Source: Candidatus Heimdallarchaeota archaeon
GTDB lineage: Archaea; Asgardarchaeota; Heimdallarchaeia; JABLTI01
Assembly (NCBI GenBank): GCA_019056785.1
Contig: DXJV01000025.1
Coordinates: 58,207-82,206, forward strand
Direction: 5' to 3'
DNA: 24,000 bases
Part shown: piece by piece, positions 1 to 8,401 of the stretch
How the letters are laid out: every line of letters begins with the position of its first letter
How positions within the stretch are numbered: position 1 is the stretch's first letter
Notes under the pieces: model-generated
Databases searched by the model: none
What the model saw: only the letters and a program-made list of their open reading frames with translations
What the model was told of the DNA's origin: nothing
Translations under genes and position numbers: made by a program

Positions 1-2292
1 CTTACCACCTGCAAGAACTGAAGAAAACCATCGATTTACATTTCGTAAAGCCTTTAGCTGGGTGCCGAATTTTTCTTTCCCATCGGTTCTGCCGGCTTTA
101 GTTCTAATTTGCTTTTCTAAGTTTTCAATTGCAGTTTTAATTTTAGCGAAATTTTTTAGCAAAACTTGAGAGGAGAAATTGAGCCATAAATACTCCATAA
201 CAAATGGTTTAGCAAGGAGGTCTTCCAAAATACCCTCAGCTTTTAATTCAGGAATCGTTACGTGCAACCGTTTTAGGGACGCTTTAGTTAATGAGGAAAG
301 TTTCTTTTGTTCGACGCTCTTAATGCGGCCGGCCGAAAAAGCCTCTGAAGCCAATTGAAATGGTGTGGGTAGAAGAGCCGAAAATTTGAGCTGTTGAGAA
401 AGGAATTTAACAGTTTTGCGAGAGAATAATTCGCGCGCATTTGGGCGCTTAGAAAGACGTGTAAGAATAGAAGTAAGAACATACAAACTTTGCAAATCGA
501 GAGCAATCTTTTGGATCATCTTACTCATAGTTGTTGGTAGCAGAGGAAACTTTTCAGGGCCAAAGATCTTTTGTAAAATTCGTCCAGTGGTTGCTTCTAG
601 AGAGGCACGGAAGGATTTGAAGAAGTAGGAGAGGTTTTCATAATTCTCAAAACGAGTTGTTGTTGCTTTTGCCTTCGCAGCACGTTTTAAAACCAACTTC
701 TTTGTATCAGCAGGTATTGTAAAGGCTAAGATATGCTCAAACTGCTGGATGCTTTTTTGCAGTAGCTCTTCTGGCTTATATTTCCGACCATAACTTGACT
801 TTGCCAAGCAATCAGTTAGAAGGGTATAAACAATGTCAGGAACCTTTCGGAATTGATAGGGATGGATGACTTGTTGAAGAAAATACAGGAGCATAAGGTC
901 TTGAATTGATGAAGACTTTTCTTGGATAACAGATGAATGAATTTGCCCCACAGAATTATACAGAATGACAGCCTCATCCAGTGTAGTCGAAAATTTCTCG
1001 AGCGTTTTTGTGCATTCTTTTTTAATGTACTGCTCGAGACTTTTAAGCTCAGGATTAGCAATTAGAATAAAAGGATGTTCTTTTTTAATGGACTCCACAA
1101 AACGATTGTAGGAAGAAAGAATGATCTCATTCTTTCGTTTTAGAAAATCATTTGGCGAGTATTTCACAGTAAATTGCTGGATAATGCCTGTCAATTTTTC
1201 AGAAATCCAGCTCTTGTCTGCCAATTCCTCCTTTAACACACGTGCCAGCGCCTTATTTACAACGGACTCTAGCTCTTTTTTATCAAAAACGGTTTCTTTT
1301 GACATGGCAACGAATTTCAAGGGAAATTTATTGAATAATTTCCGGTATAACTCCTGATTCATGTTGCTCAATAATTCTGGGACTTTTGTTTTAAGCTGTT
1401 CAAGTTTGGTGACCATAACCTTTTCGAACAAGAAACTTTCATTTATCAACTCAACATCAGGGATTTCGCCTTTTTCACGTCGAGAAAGCGCACGGGACGA
1501 ATCATTTAATTGTCTAATAATCTTAAGGATTTCGCCGGTAATTTCCTTCCGGGCAACAGATGATTTCTTTCGGAGAAAGTTGTCCAAAATTTTAATAATT
1601 TCACCAAAAGGATTTGGAGATTGAGCAAAAAGAAAGGGGAAAAACGCATCATCTTTAATCCCTTGAATGTAGAGATACTGGGCAAGTATAGTCAGCAATT
1701 CCTTATGGCTTAAATGGGCCAGGCGTTGTGAGACGAATTCATGGGACCATTCTTCAAAAGAACTCTGATCCTCCCAAATGCCCTCCAACACTTTAATGAG
1801 CTTGGGTTTCACGCTTTTTACTAACTGTTTCACTTTATCCGAATGCTTGCGGTAAAGCTGATTAGCAACGGCTGCAATTTGAGCATAAGCTTGATCAATT
1901 TTCGGTACCAAACCGATGGCCGTATACTCATTTTCAAAGGTAGTTACAATTACTCGCGCCAATTCAGTTGCGTACAGAGCAATAAAATCGAGACACTTAT
2001 CTTCCCCTTCAAAGCCTTTAATTGCTATTAAAATAATCGGGGAATGGTCTCCAACCCGGATTGCTTTAGAGGCCAAGATACCATTTTGGAAACGTGAAAG
2101 ATTCAATGTATCAATTGAAGCTGCTGCTTCAAGATTAGGTTCATCACTTGCTAAACCGATTTCTTGTGCAAAGTTTGCTAACGCACCACCGAGAGCACTA
2201 ACTAAAGAAGTATCTGTTTGAATGAATCCTAAAGAAAGGAAATCAGTATTATCTTCTCTACAAATGATGATTTGGGCGTCCAAGACAAACAC
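1..2292 (-). CDS. Partial large protein (at least 764 aa) with a longin/roadblock-like N-terminal domain and a long helical body; paralog of 5028..8141
   Basis: Minus-strand frame read by hand. GTG start at 2292..2290, directly preceded by an in-frame TAG. N-terminus reads VFVLDAQIIICREDNTDFLSLGFIQTDTSLVSALGGALANFAQEIGLA..., and the frame is still open at position 1 (...LKALRNVNRWFSSVLAGGK). It aligns with the 5028..8141 product (QIIISQEDSTSFFSMGSIQNDATLVSALGGALSSFAVEIGLA...; LQALKTVCSVYKGFITGGN). Not in the ORF track because it has no stop inside the window. Confidence 0.88.
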   Translation of the reverse strand, partial: MFVLDAQIIICREDNTDFLSLGFIQTDTSLVSALGGALANFAQEIGLASDEPNLEAAASIDTLNLSRFQNGILASKAIRVGDHSPIILIAIKGFEGEDKCLDFIALYATELARVIVTTFENEYTAIGLVPKIDQAYAQIAAVANQLYRKHSDKVKQLVKSVKPKLIKVLEGIWEDQSSFEEWSHEFVSQRLAHLSHKELLTILAQYLYIQGIKDDAFFPFLFAQSPNPFGEIIKILDNFLRKKSSVARKEITGEILKIIRQLNDSSRALSRREKGEIPDVELINESFLFEKVMVTKLEQLKTKVPELLSNMNQELYRKLFNKFPLKFVAMSKETVFDKKELESVVNKALARVLKEELADKSWISEKLTGIIQQFTVKYSPNDFLKRKNEIILSSYNRFVESIKKEHPFILIANPELKSLEQYIKKECTKTLEKFSTTLDEAVILYNSVGQIHSSVIQEKSSSIQDLMLLYFLQQVIHPYQFRKVPDIVYTLLTDCLAKSSYGRKYKPEELLQKSIQQFEHILAFTIPADTKKLVLKRAAKAKATTTRFENYENLSYFFKSFRASLEATTGRILQKIFGPEKFPLLPTTMSKMIQKIALDLQSLYVLTSILTRLSKRPNARELFSRKTVKFLSQQLKFSALLPTPFQLASEAFSAGRIKSVEQKKLSSLTKASLKRLHVTIPELKAEGILEDLLAKPFVMEYLWLNFSSQVLLKNFAKIKTAIENLEKQIRTKAGRTDGKEKFGTQLKALRNVNRWFSSVLAGGK

Positions 2293-2578
2293 CTAATTCT
2301 TCTTGAAAGTTAATTCTTAACTAGAACATCAATAGTAACCATCTCGAATGGGTTCTAAAGATTTTTTCTAGAGGCATGTTTTTTTTTGCTTTTTTATAGA
2401 AAAAGTAATGCTTTTAAAATACTTTGGAATACTAACAATTTTAAGTCAGAGACGGGGAGAAGGTCAAATGCCTCTATCAAAGTTTTTTTAATAATAGATT
2501 CCTAAAGCTGGTTAAAAAGAAGATAGATTCTAATTGTACTTGAAGAGTATGATTTTAAATAAGAAAAAGAATGAAAGG

Positions 2579-3631
2579 ATGAATTCAATCATGGCATTTG
2601 ATATTATAAAAGAACAACGAATGATTCGTACACTGTTTTATTCTTTAATTCACTCGGCAAATTTTCTTGCAGATAGAGCCGACCAGAAACAGAAATTCAT
2701 CCAAGATATTGCTACATTTGTTCGAGAACGCTCCATGGTTGAAGATGATACGCGTGATAAATGTGAGCTTGTAAAAGAGACCTTGGAAATGTTCGGATGG
2801 AAAAGCACCAAAATTGATTATTTGGAAGGAGAGACAGAAGGACGCGTATTTCTAGGGAAAAATCGATATATCCCAAATGATTTAGCTGATTCGCAAGGAG
2901 CGTTAATTGTTCTCCAAGCATTTATCGAGGGGTTGTGTTTTCATTTAATAAAAGCACCAGTAGATGCTCGTGCTGAACTCTCACTTCGCACAGGAAGTTT
3001 CTATGAAATTACTTTCACGCGCAGCAGCAAAGAAGCAACCACTCCAACTTATGTGAAAAAGACACCTCACCTGGCTGAAGAGACAATTGACATGTCAATC
3101 CATGACAACCTAACCATTGAACAGCTTTTCTATCCCATCTTTACCCGTGAAATTCCAACTATGATACTTTTTGACGCTGCCTGGAAAGTCATTCGAGAAT
3201 CCTATGTGGCCAATGCCCTGGGGAGTGAACTCGCCGAACAAGAAGAACTAAAAAAACCGAGTATTAGAAACATTTCCATTATCATTAAAAAGCTAACTGA
3301 GAAAGCTCCTGAAGAAGAAATCTTGAACATGGCAGAAATCATAGGGGAATTTTTTGCCAAATTTTTAAAGACGAAGATTTCAGATGCACTTTATGACAAA
3401 CTGCAACCAACTTTAAAAGACAAGCATGCGACAAGCTACTTGGTGTATTACGATTGTAAACAATTCTGTAGTAATGATCGTTTTATTAACCGCTGCATAT
3501 TCATTCGGGGAATGTGGACCGGCATTTTGAGTGAAGTTTTAGGTTTTCCAATTCAAATAAAGGAAGTCTTCCATGCAGGAAAAAGAGATCGCTACTGTAT
3601 GATTGAATTTGAACCGGAAAAAAATGCATGA
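2579..3631 (+). CDS. Putative V4R (4-vinyl-reductase-like) sensor-domain protein, possibly with two tandem copies
   Basis: ORF 2534..3631; ATG at 2579 (MNSIMAF...) is the more likely start. The C-terminus YYDCKQFCSNDRFINRCIFIRGMWTGILSEVLGFPIQIKEVFHAGKRDRYCMIEF has the V4R pattern (Cys, RG..xG.L...LG..v.v.E....G...C.f..). The N-terminal half (FGWKSTKIDY...ALIVLQAFIEGLCFHLI...) is weakly similar in layout. Confidence 0.6.
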   Translation: MNSIMAFDIIKEQRMIRTLFYSLIHSANFLADRADQKQKFIQDIATFVRERSMVEDDTRDKCELVKETLEMFGWKSTKIDYLEGETEGRVFLGKNRYIPNDLADSQGALIVLQAFIEGLCFHLIKAPVDARAELSLRTGSFYEITFTRSSKEATTPTYVKKTPHLAEETIDMSIHDNLTIEQLFYPIFTREIPTMILFDAAWKVIRESYVANALGSELAEQEELKKPSIRNISIIIKKLTEKAPEEEILNMAEIIGEFFAKFLKTKISDALYDKLQPTLKDKHATSYLVYYDCKQFCSNDRFINRCIFIRGMWTGILSEVLGFPIQIKEVFHAGKRDRYCMIEFEPEKNA

Positions 3632-3651
3632 AAGCGAATGATGAAGCTCTG

Positions 3652-4941
3652 TCACTTTTCAAGCTCATTTGCCATTTGTTGTCGAACTTTTGCTAAGACT
3701 TCAGTTATAGTTAAGCCTGTAGCATTGACAATGGTTTTTACATCTTCAAATTCTGGTTTGAAATGAGCTATTGCGCCTGTTTTTGTATAAGCGATCTTAC
3801 CTTTAAGAGCAAAATGTTTTCCATTAATAACAACCTGAAAATGCTTGATTTCTCTTGGAAGCATCAGCTTTGTTCCACGTAAGATGCGAACGCCTATCGT
3901 ACTTGTTTGATTCATAATTTCTGTTGCAAAACGTTCTATCTCCTCCTCTGCGCACAAAACAGAAACTTTTGTGGCGGGCCGTCCTTTCTTCATGAATAAG
4001 GGTGTAAGATAGACATCCTTTGCACCGAGTTCGAATAATCTTTCGGTTAAGAATCCAATAACTTCTCCGGAGCAATCGTCAAGGTTGGTTTCTATGATAG
4101 CAATCTCCTCTTTGGGGTAGCTTTGCTGCACCAATGAGCCGAGGAATAAACGCAAACTATTCGGGGTGTTTTCAAAAGTTTTTGTCCCGAAACCCGTTCC
4201 CACCTTTTCTAACTGAAAAATGGGTGGTGTGGTAATAAAAGTTGTTTCTAATATTTTTTGTAAAGCAGCAATAATGGCAATTCCTGTTGGAGTAGTTAAT
4301 TCTCCTGCTAGTGGCCCCATCATAACAGGGATAGAGAATTTGTGGGCTATTTCTGTTACAGCCGGCACTGGCACAGGTAAGGTCCCATGAGAGAAGGTAA
4401 TTGTTCCCGAACCCAAAGCAACTGGTAAAACAAAAAGAGTCACTGTAAAAAGCTCCAGACGATCTAAAAGAGTTGCAGCCCCCAATATATCTAGAAAAGT
4501 ATCCAGGGAACCCACTTCATGCAAGTGGGTTTTTTCTACGGGGATATTGTGGGCTGCTGCTTCAGCTTCAAAGAGAATGTGAAATGCTTTCTTACTGAAA
4601 TCTTTCGCTCGTTTTGATAACTGTTGTTGTTTTGTGTACTGGTCAATTATTGCCAGTGCATCAGAAAGCCGGAGGTGCCTTTTTGGTTCTTTAATATGAA
4701 TATGTAATTGAAGACCCTGATGAACAAATTGTTCTATTTGTTCGAGAGTGAGAGTAAATTCCGCCTTCCCCTCCAAACCCGCAGCTTTAACAACATTTGA
4801 AGCGACTAGTTGAAGTGCTTGCAACCTGTTTTTATTTGCCTGTTCTATAGAAAGGTCTGTAAAAAGAAGGTCCAGTAGTGCTGCTAAGAACTTGTCGCCT
4901 GAAATGCCCGTGTGTTGGGCATCAATAATTAATTGTCTCAT
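3652..4941 (-). CDS. larC: LarC-type nickel insertion protein for nickel-pincer nucleotide biosynthesis (DUF111 family)
   Basis: 429-aa ORF. N-terminal AQHTGISGDKFLAALLDLL matches the family D..xGisGDm.laALlDlG motif. Also THLHEVGSLDTFLDILGAA, GSGTITFSHGTLPVPVPAV, GELTTPTGIAIIAAL and ETNLDDCSGEVIGFLTERLFELGAKDVYLTPLFMKKGRP are hallmark LarC segments. Confidence 0.92.
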   Translation of the reverse strand: MRQLIIDAQHTGISGDKFLAALLDLLFTDLSIEQANKNRLQALQLVASNVVKAAGLEGKAEFTLTLEQIEQFVHQGLQLHIHIKEPKRHLRLSDALAIIDQYTKQQQLSKRAKDFSKKAFHILFEAEAAAHNIPVEKTHLHEVGSLDTFLDILGAATLLDRLELFTVTLFVLPVALGSGTITFSHGTLPVPVPAVTEIAHKFSIPVMMGPLAGELTTPTGIAIIAALQKILETTFITTPPIFQLEKVGTGFGTKTFENTPNSLRLFLGSLVQQSYPKEEIAIIETNLDDCSGEVIGFLTERLFELGAKDVYLTPLFMKKGRPATKVSVLCAEEEIERFATEIMNQTSTIGVRILRGTKLMLPREIKHFQVVINGKHFALKGKIAYTKTGAIAHFKPEFEDVKTIVNATGLTITEVLAKVRQQMANELEK

Positions 4942-5027
4942 ACTATCCCTCGAGTTTATTAGTAAATTATCAGTTAGACACTAAATAATAGTCTTTTTGC
5001 TATATGAAATAAAGATAGCCGTCTTTT

Positions 5028-8000
5028 TCAACTTTGGCTGATGGATTCTAAAATCAACTGCTCAAAGAAACGCCCCTTTGTATAGAAAAGGTCTGCCGCT
5101 TGTTGGCCAATATAGGATTCTACCAATCCGGCTAGAGAATCCAATGTTTTGAGAAAATTAGAACGCATATATTCTCGCAAACCTTCATACAGAAAGTTTC
5201 GAATTGTCTGTGACTGTTTTTGCCTGGGAGTGATTAGAGGAAGGAGGGAAGTCAAATTAAGGTTAAGTTCGGTTTTATCTTCTCCCTTTTTAGTGAGTTT
5301 GCAACAATGAGTTTTATCAAAATAAATAGCTAGAAGCTCAGCTGGGAAGGATATCGTAGCCAACGGAAGAAGAAAAGCATTTGCTCTTTGACTATATCTT
5401 ACAAAAAGATCATCTGAAAGTATAGCAAAGACTCGCGAGATAGCAGTTCGCACGGCATGATTGAACAAAACGAAAACTTCATCTTCAATTGTCTTGCGAA
5501 TGATAATTGTCTGTGCTGTTTTCTCGCCCTTAGTCGCTTCTTCCTGTAAATTCATAAGAATTTTTGCTTCAATAGAACCCTTTTGGACATCCTTTTTGAC
5601 CAGATCCCAAAGAAGCTTTTCATGTAATTTATCAAAAAATGCCGAATCACGAACCCATGTTGAGGCATAAACTTCTACAATACGCTGATATCCACCAAAA
5701 GTTGAAGTTAATTGCTTTTTATTTTGTGTAAATGTTGGTGAGTATGCTTTCAAGGAAAATCCGGGGAAGGATTTCTTAGAATAATACTGAATAATCTGTT
5801 TAAGTGGCTTTACTCGACCAAAAAGACGATGGAAAAAGTTCCCCCCAGTAATGAATCCTTTATAGACAGAACAAACAGTTTTTAACGCTTGTAACTTTTG
5901 CAGTTGTTTTTTCTTCGTTTTAATGCTCATTGCATTCTTTTTAATCTGCTCCTCGAATTTTTTCTTTTCTAAGAGGAGAAGGCGATATCGCTGTTTTAAT
6001 GTGGGTTCCAAAAATCTGAAAATTAATTCATTTATTACTATTGGTTCTTTGAGGAGTGCGCCAAGTTTCCCTTGATAAGATAATTCTGGGGCAACGACTT
6101 TAAGAGCGAGCAGCTGTTTCTTTGTCAATCCTTCTGGTTTGAATTCGCCCTGACTCTCTTTGGATTTACTTGTTTTTACCAGAAGAAGAAAACCATGCAA
6201 CAAAGCTTGTAAAGCAATTTCAGTTAACGAGGGGAGGAGAGTTTCAAATGAGAGAGTTTTGGTGAGAACCTTTTTTACGTCTGTCGTAAGGAGCGCTGCA
6301 AAACCCGGCTGATTTTTAAGCCCCTCAAATACCAGTGCTGTTCTATAAAGAGCAGTTGAATAAGTGATCATTTTTGACAAAGAATCATTGAGAGGTTTTG
6401 GTGCGCTTGGTTGTTTAATTGTACCGAAAAATTCCTCCAGCATTTTAACGATAGTGTCTTCCAAGGCATAGGAAAAAACTTTTGAAAAGAAGGAGAGCGC
6501 TTCAATGTTTTCAAATTTCTGTGTGGCTTTTATCCGCTTGATCCTCCGTAAAATTAGGGCACTTGTTTCAGAAGGAATCATTATGTTTGACTCTTTTTCA
6601 AAACTTTTAAACTGCCGCTCGATTAAGAGGAACACTGGATCTTGAGCTTTTTTTGTGGGTTTAACAATATTTGCAAGGATAGTTTTACAGAGAGTGTAAA
6701 AAATATCCGGCACAGGACGGAACTGATATTTCCTGATTAACTTTTGGAGGAAAAATAATTGAACGCATTTTGAAAAAGAGATTGATGGCAGTTGCTGGCT
6801 CTGCTCGTTAATTTGCCGGAGAATATACCATAAAGCCATTGCTTCATCATGAGCAGTTCGATATTGTTCGAAAGCTTCTCTCACAAGAGCAGAAACGAGT
6901 TTCTGGGTTTGGGTTAGATTTGAATCGACAAGTGCTATGAAAGGATATTTTTTCGGGAAAACTTCGAGAAACTTCTCTTTTACTTCGAGAATGATTTCAG
7001 CGGTGTTCTTCATTACCTCTTCAGGGGAATACTGGGAAGAGAGGTCTCGCAAGAGAAGAACTATTTGTTGTGAAAACGCATCCTTCTTTTCCAAACTGCT
7101 ACGCAAAAGTTGTTGGGCTGTAGCATTAAAATTCTCGCGAATAAAATCAATAGTAAGAGGTTTTGTTAAACTTGCTGCAAGAAATTTCAGGGGATATTTT
7201 TGAAAGAGTTTAAGGTAAATTGTAGTAAAGAGGTTTTCGAGAATTTTCCCTCGCGTTTTTTCAAACGAACCTCTTTTTATTACCGAAAGTTGCTCAAATA
7301 ATACATTGCTATTGAAAAAGCCCACCAGAGGAAAGCTACTCCTTTTCTTGGAATGACGACTTTCAGAAAATTGTTGCAACTGGGTAACAAGACGAGTAAT
7401 TTCTTCTGCAAGCTCCTTTCGTGACTGAGCGGACTTTTTCTGCAAAAACTCAAGAACGAATTTCTTTGTAGCAGTTAAATCTGGAGAAGACGCAAAAAAA
7501 AGCGGAAAAAAAGCATCATTACGCGTACCTTCTTGATAAAAAAGCTCGACAAATTTCTCGAGAAAGAAGGAGATTTTTGTGGGAGAAAAAGTGTCTTTTT
7601 GAATGCTCTTAAGAAATAAAGTTTTGTCTTGTTGTTTCTCCCAGAGTTCTTCGAGAAAAACGTTACACGAAGAAGCAATTAGCTGAGCGAACTCCTTCCA
7701 AGTGTTTGGTGAGCTTTTATAAAGTACATAAGCAACTGCAGGAACAACTTTTACCCCTTCTACGAATCTCGGAACCGCACCACGACTTTGATATACTTTT
7801 TCAAATTTAGTGAGAATAGCCTTAGCTAAAGCAGAGCCATATTCAAGGAGAAACATTTGATGATATGGTTCTAAATCGGGAAAGTCTCGAACAGCGATCA
7901 TAAGTAATGGATGATGTTCCCCAATTGTCAACCATTTTGAAATGAGAATGCCATTTTTAAACCGAGAAAAGTTTGCTTGGGTTGCTTCGCTATCAGCAAG

Positions 8001-8141
8001 ACCAATTTCTACGGCAAAACTGGATAAAGCCCCACCAAGTGCAGAAACCAGTGTAGCATCATTTTGAATGGACCCCATTGAGAAAAAACTCGTGCTGTCC
8101 TCTTGTGAGATAATTATTTGTGAGACCACTTCGACCAACAA
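5028..8141 (-). CDS. Uncharacterised 1037-aa protein with N-terminal longin/roadblock-like domain and very long helical region
   Basis: Single long ORF (TTG start in the track; start uncertain). N-terminal ~125 aa read as an alternating beta/helix sensor-like domain (SQIIISQEDSTSFFSMGS...LVSALGGALSSFAVEIGL...FKNGILISKWLTIGEHHPLLMIAVRDF...LLEYGSALAKAILTKFEKVY). The rest is Leu/Lys/Phe-rich and helical. Paralogous to 1..2292. Confidence 0.85.
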   Translation of the reverse strand: MLVEVVSQIIISQEDSTSFFSMGSIQNDATLVSALGGALSSFAVEIGLADSEATQANFSRFKNGILISKWLTIGEHHPLLMIAVRDFPDLEPYHQMFLLEYGSALAKAILTKFEKVYQSRGAVPRFVEGVKVVPAVAYVLYKSSPNTWKEFAQLIASSCNVFLEELWEKQQDKTLFLKSIQKDTFSPTKISFFLEKFVELFYQEGTRNDAFFPLFFASSPDLTATKKFVLEFLQKKSAQSRKELAEEITRLVTQLQQFSESRHSKKRSSFPLVGFFNSNVLFEQLSVIKRGSFEKTRGKILENLFTTIYLKLFQKYPLKFLAASLTKPLTIDFIRENFNATAQQLLRSSLEKKDAFSQQIVLLLRDLSSQYSPEEVMKNTAEIILEVKEKFLEVFPKKYPFIALVDSNLTQTQKLVSALVREAFEQYRTAHDEAMALWYILRQINEQSQQLPSISFSKCVQLFFLQKLIRKYQFRPVPDIFYTLCKTILANIVKPTKKAQDPVFLLIERQFKSFEKESNIMIPSETSALILRRIKRIKATQKFENIEALSFFSKVFSYALEDTIVKMLEEFFGTIKQPSAPKPLNDSLSKMITYSTALYRTALVFEGLKNQPGFAALLTTDVKKVLTKTLSFETLLPSLTEIALQALLHGFLLLVKTSKSKESQGEFKPEGLTKKQLLALKVVAPELSYQGKLGALLKEPIVINELIFRFLEPTLKQRYRLLLLEKKKFEEQIKKNAMSIKTKKKQLQKLQALKTVCSVYKGFITGGNFFHRLFGRVKPLKQIIQYYSKKSFPGFSLKAYSPTFTQNKKQLTSTFGGYQRIVEVYASTWVRDSAFFDKLHEKLLWDLVKKDVQKGSIEAKILMNLQEEATKGEKTAQTIIIRKTIEDEVFVLFNHAVRTAISRVFAILSDDLFVRYSQRANAFLLPLATISFPAELLAIYFDKTHCCKLTKKGEDKTELNLNLTSLLPLITPRQKQSQTIRNFLYEGLREYMRSNFLKTLDSLAGLVESYIGQQAADLFYTKGRFFEQLILESISQS

Positions 8142-8401
8142 CCGACTCCTTCTTCAGCTCAAAAAAACCTTATAATTCATTTGTAGTTACTTCGTTTTTG
8201 TTAATTTCCTTCTTTGGCTGTTTTAATGTTTGTGATAGCGACATTTATGACGCATTTAAAAAGAGCTTCTTTCAATAACTATAAAGAAGTAAAAAAGGAA
8301 AAGAAAAATAAGAGAAAAAAATCATTTCCAAATCTAATTATATGAGAATAACTAACGATTCTATTGTAAGTAAATGAAACGCCTTTTGTGGTGAAAAAAA
8401 A

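Noticed and set aside
288-2221. Plus- and minus-strand small ORFs listed over 288..2221
   Set aside because: They lie inside the long minus-strand paralog 1..2292 in other frames. Their translations are low-complexity and hydrophobic, as expected from antisense shadows.
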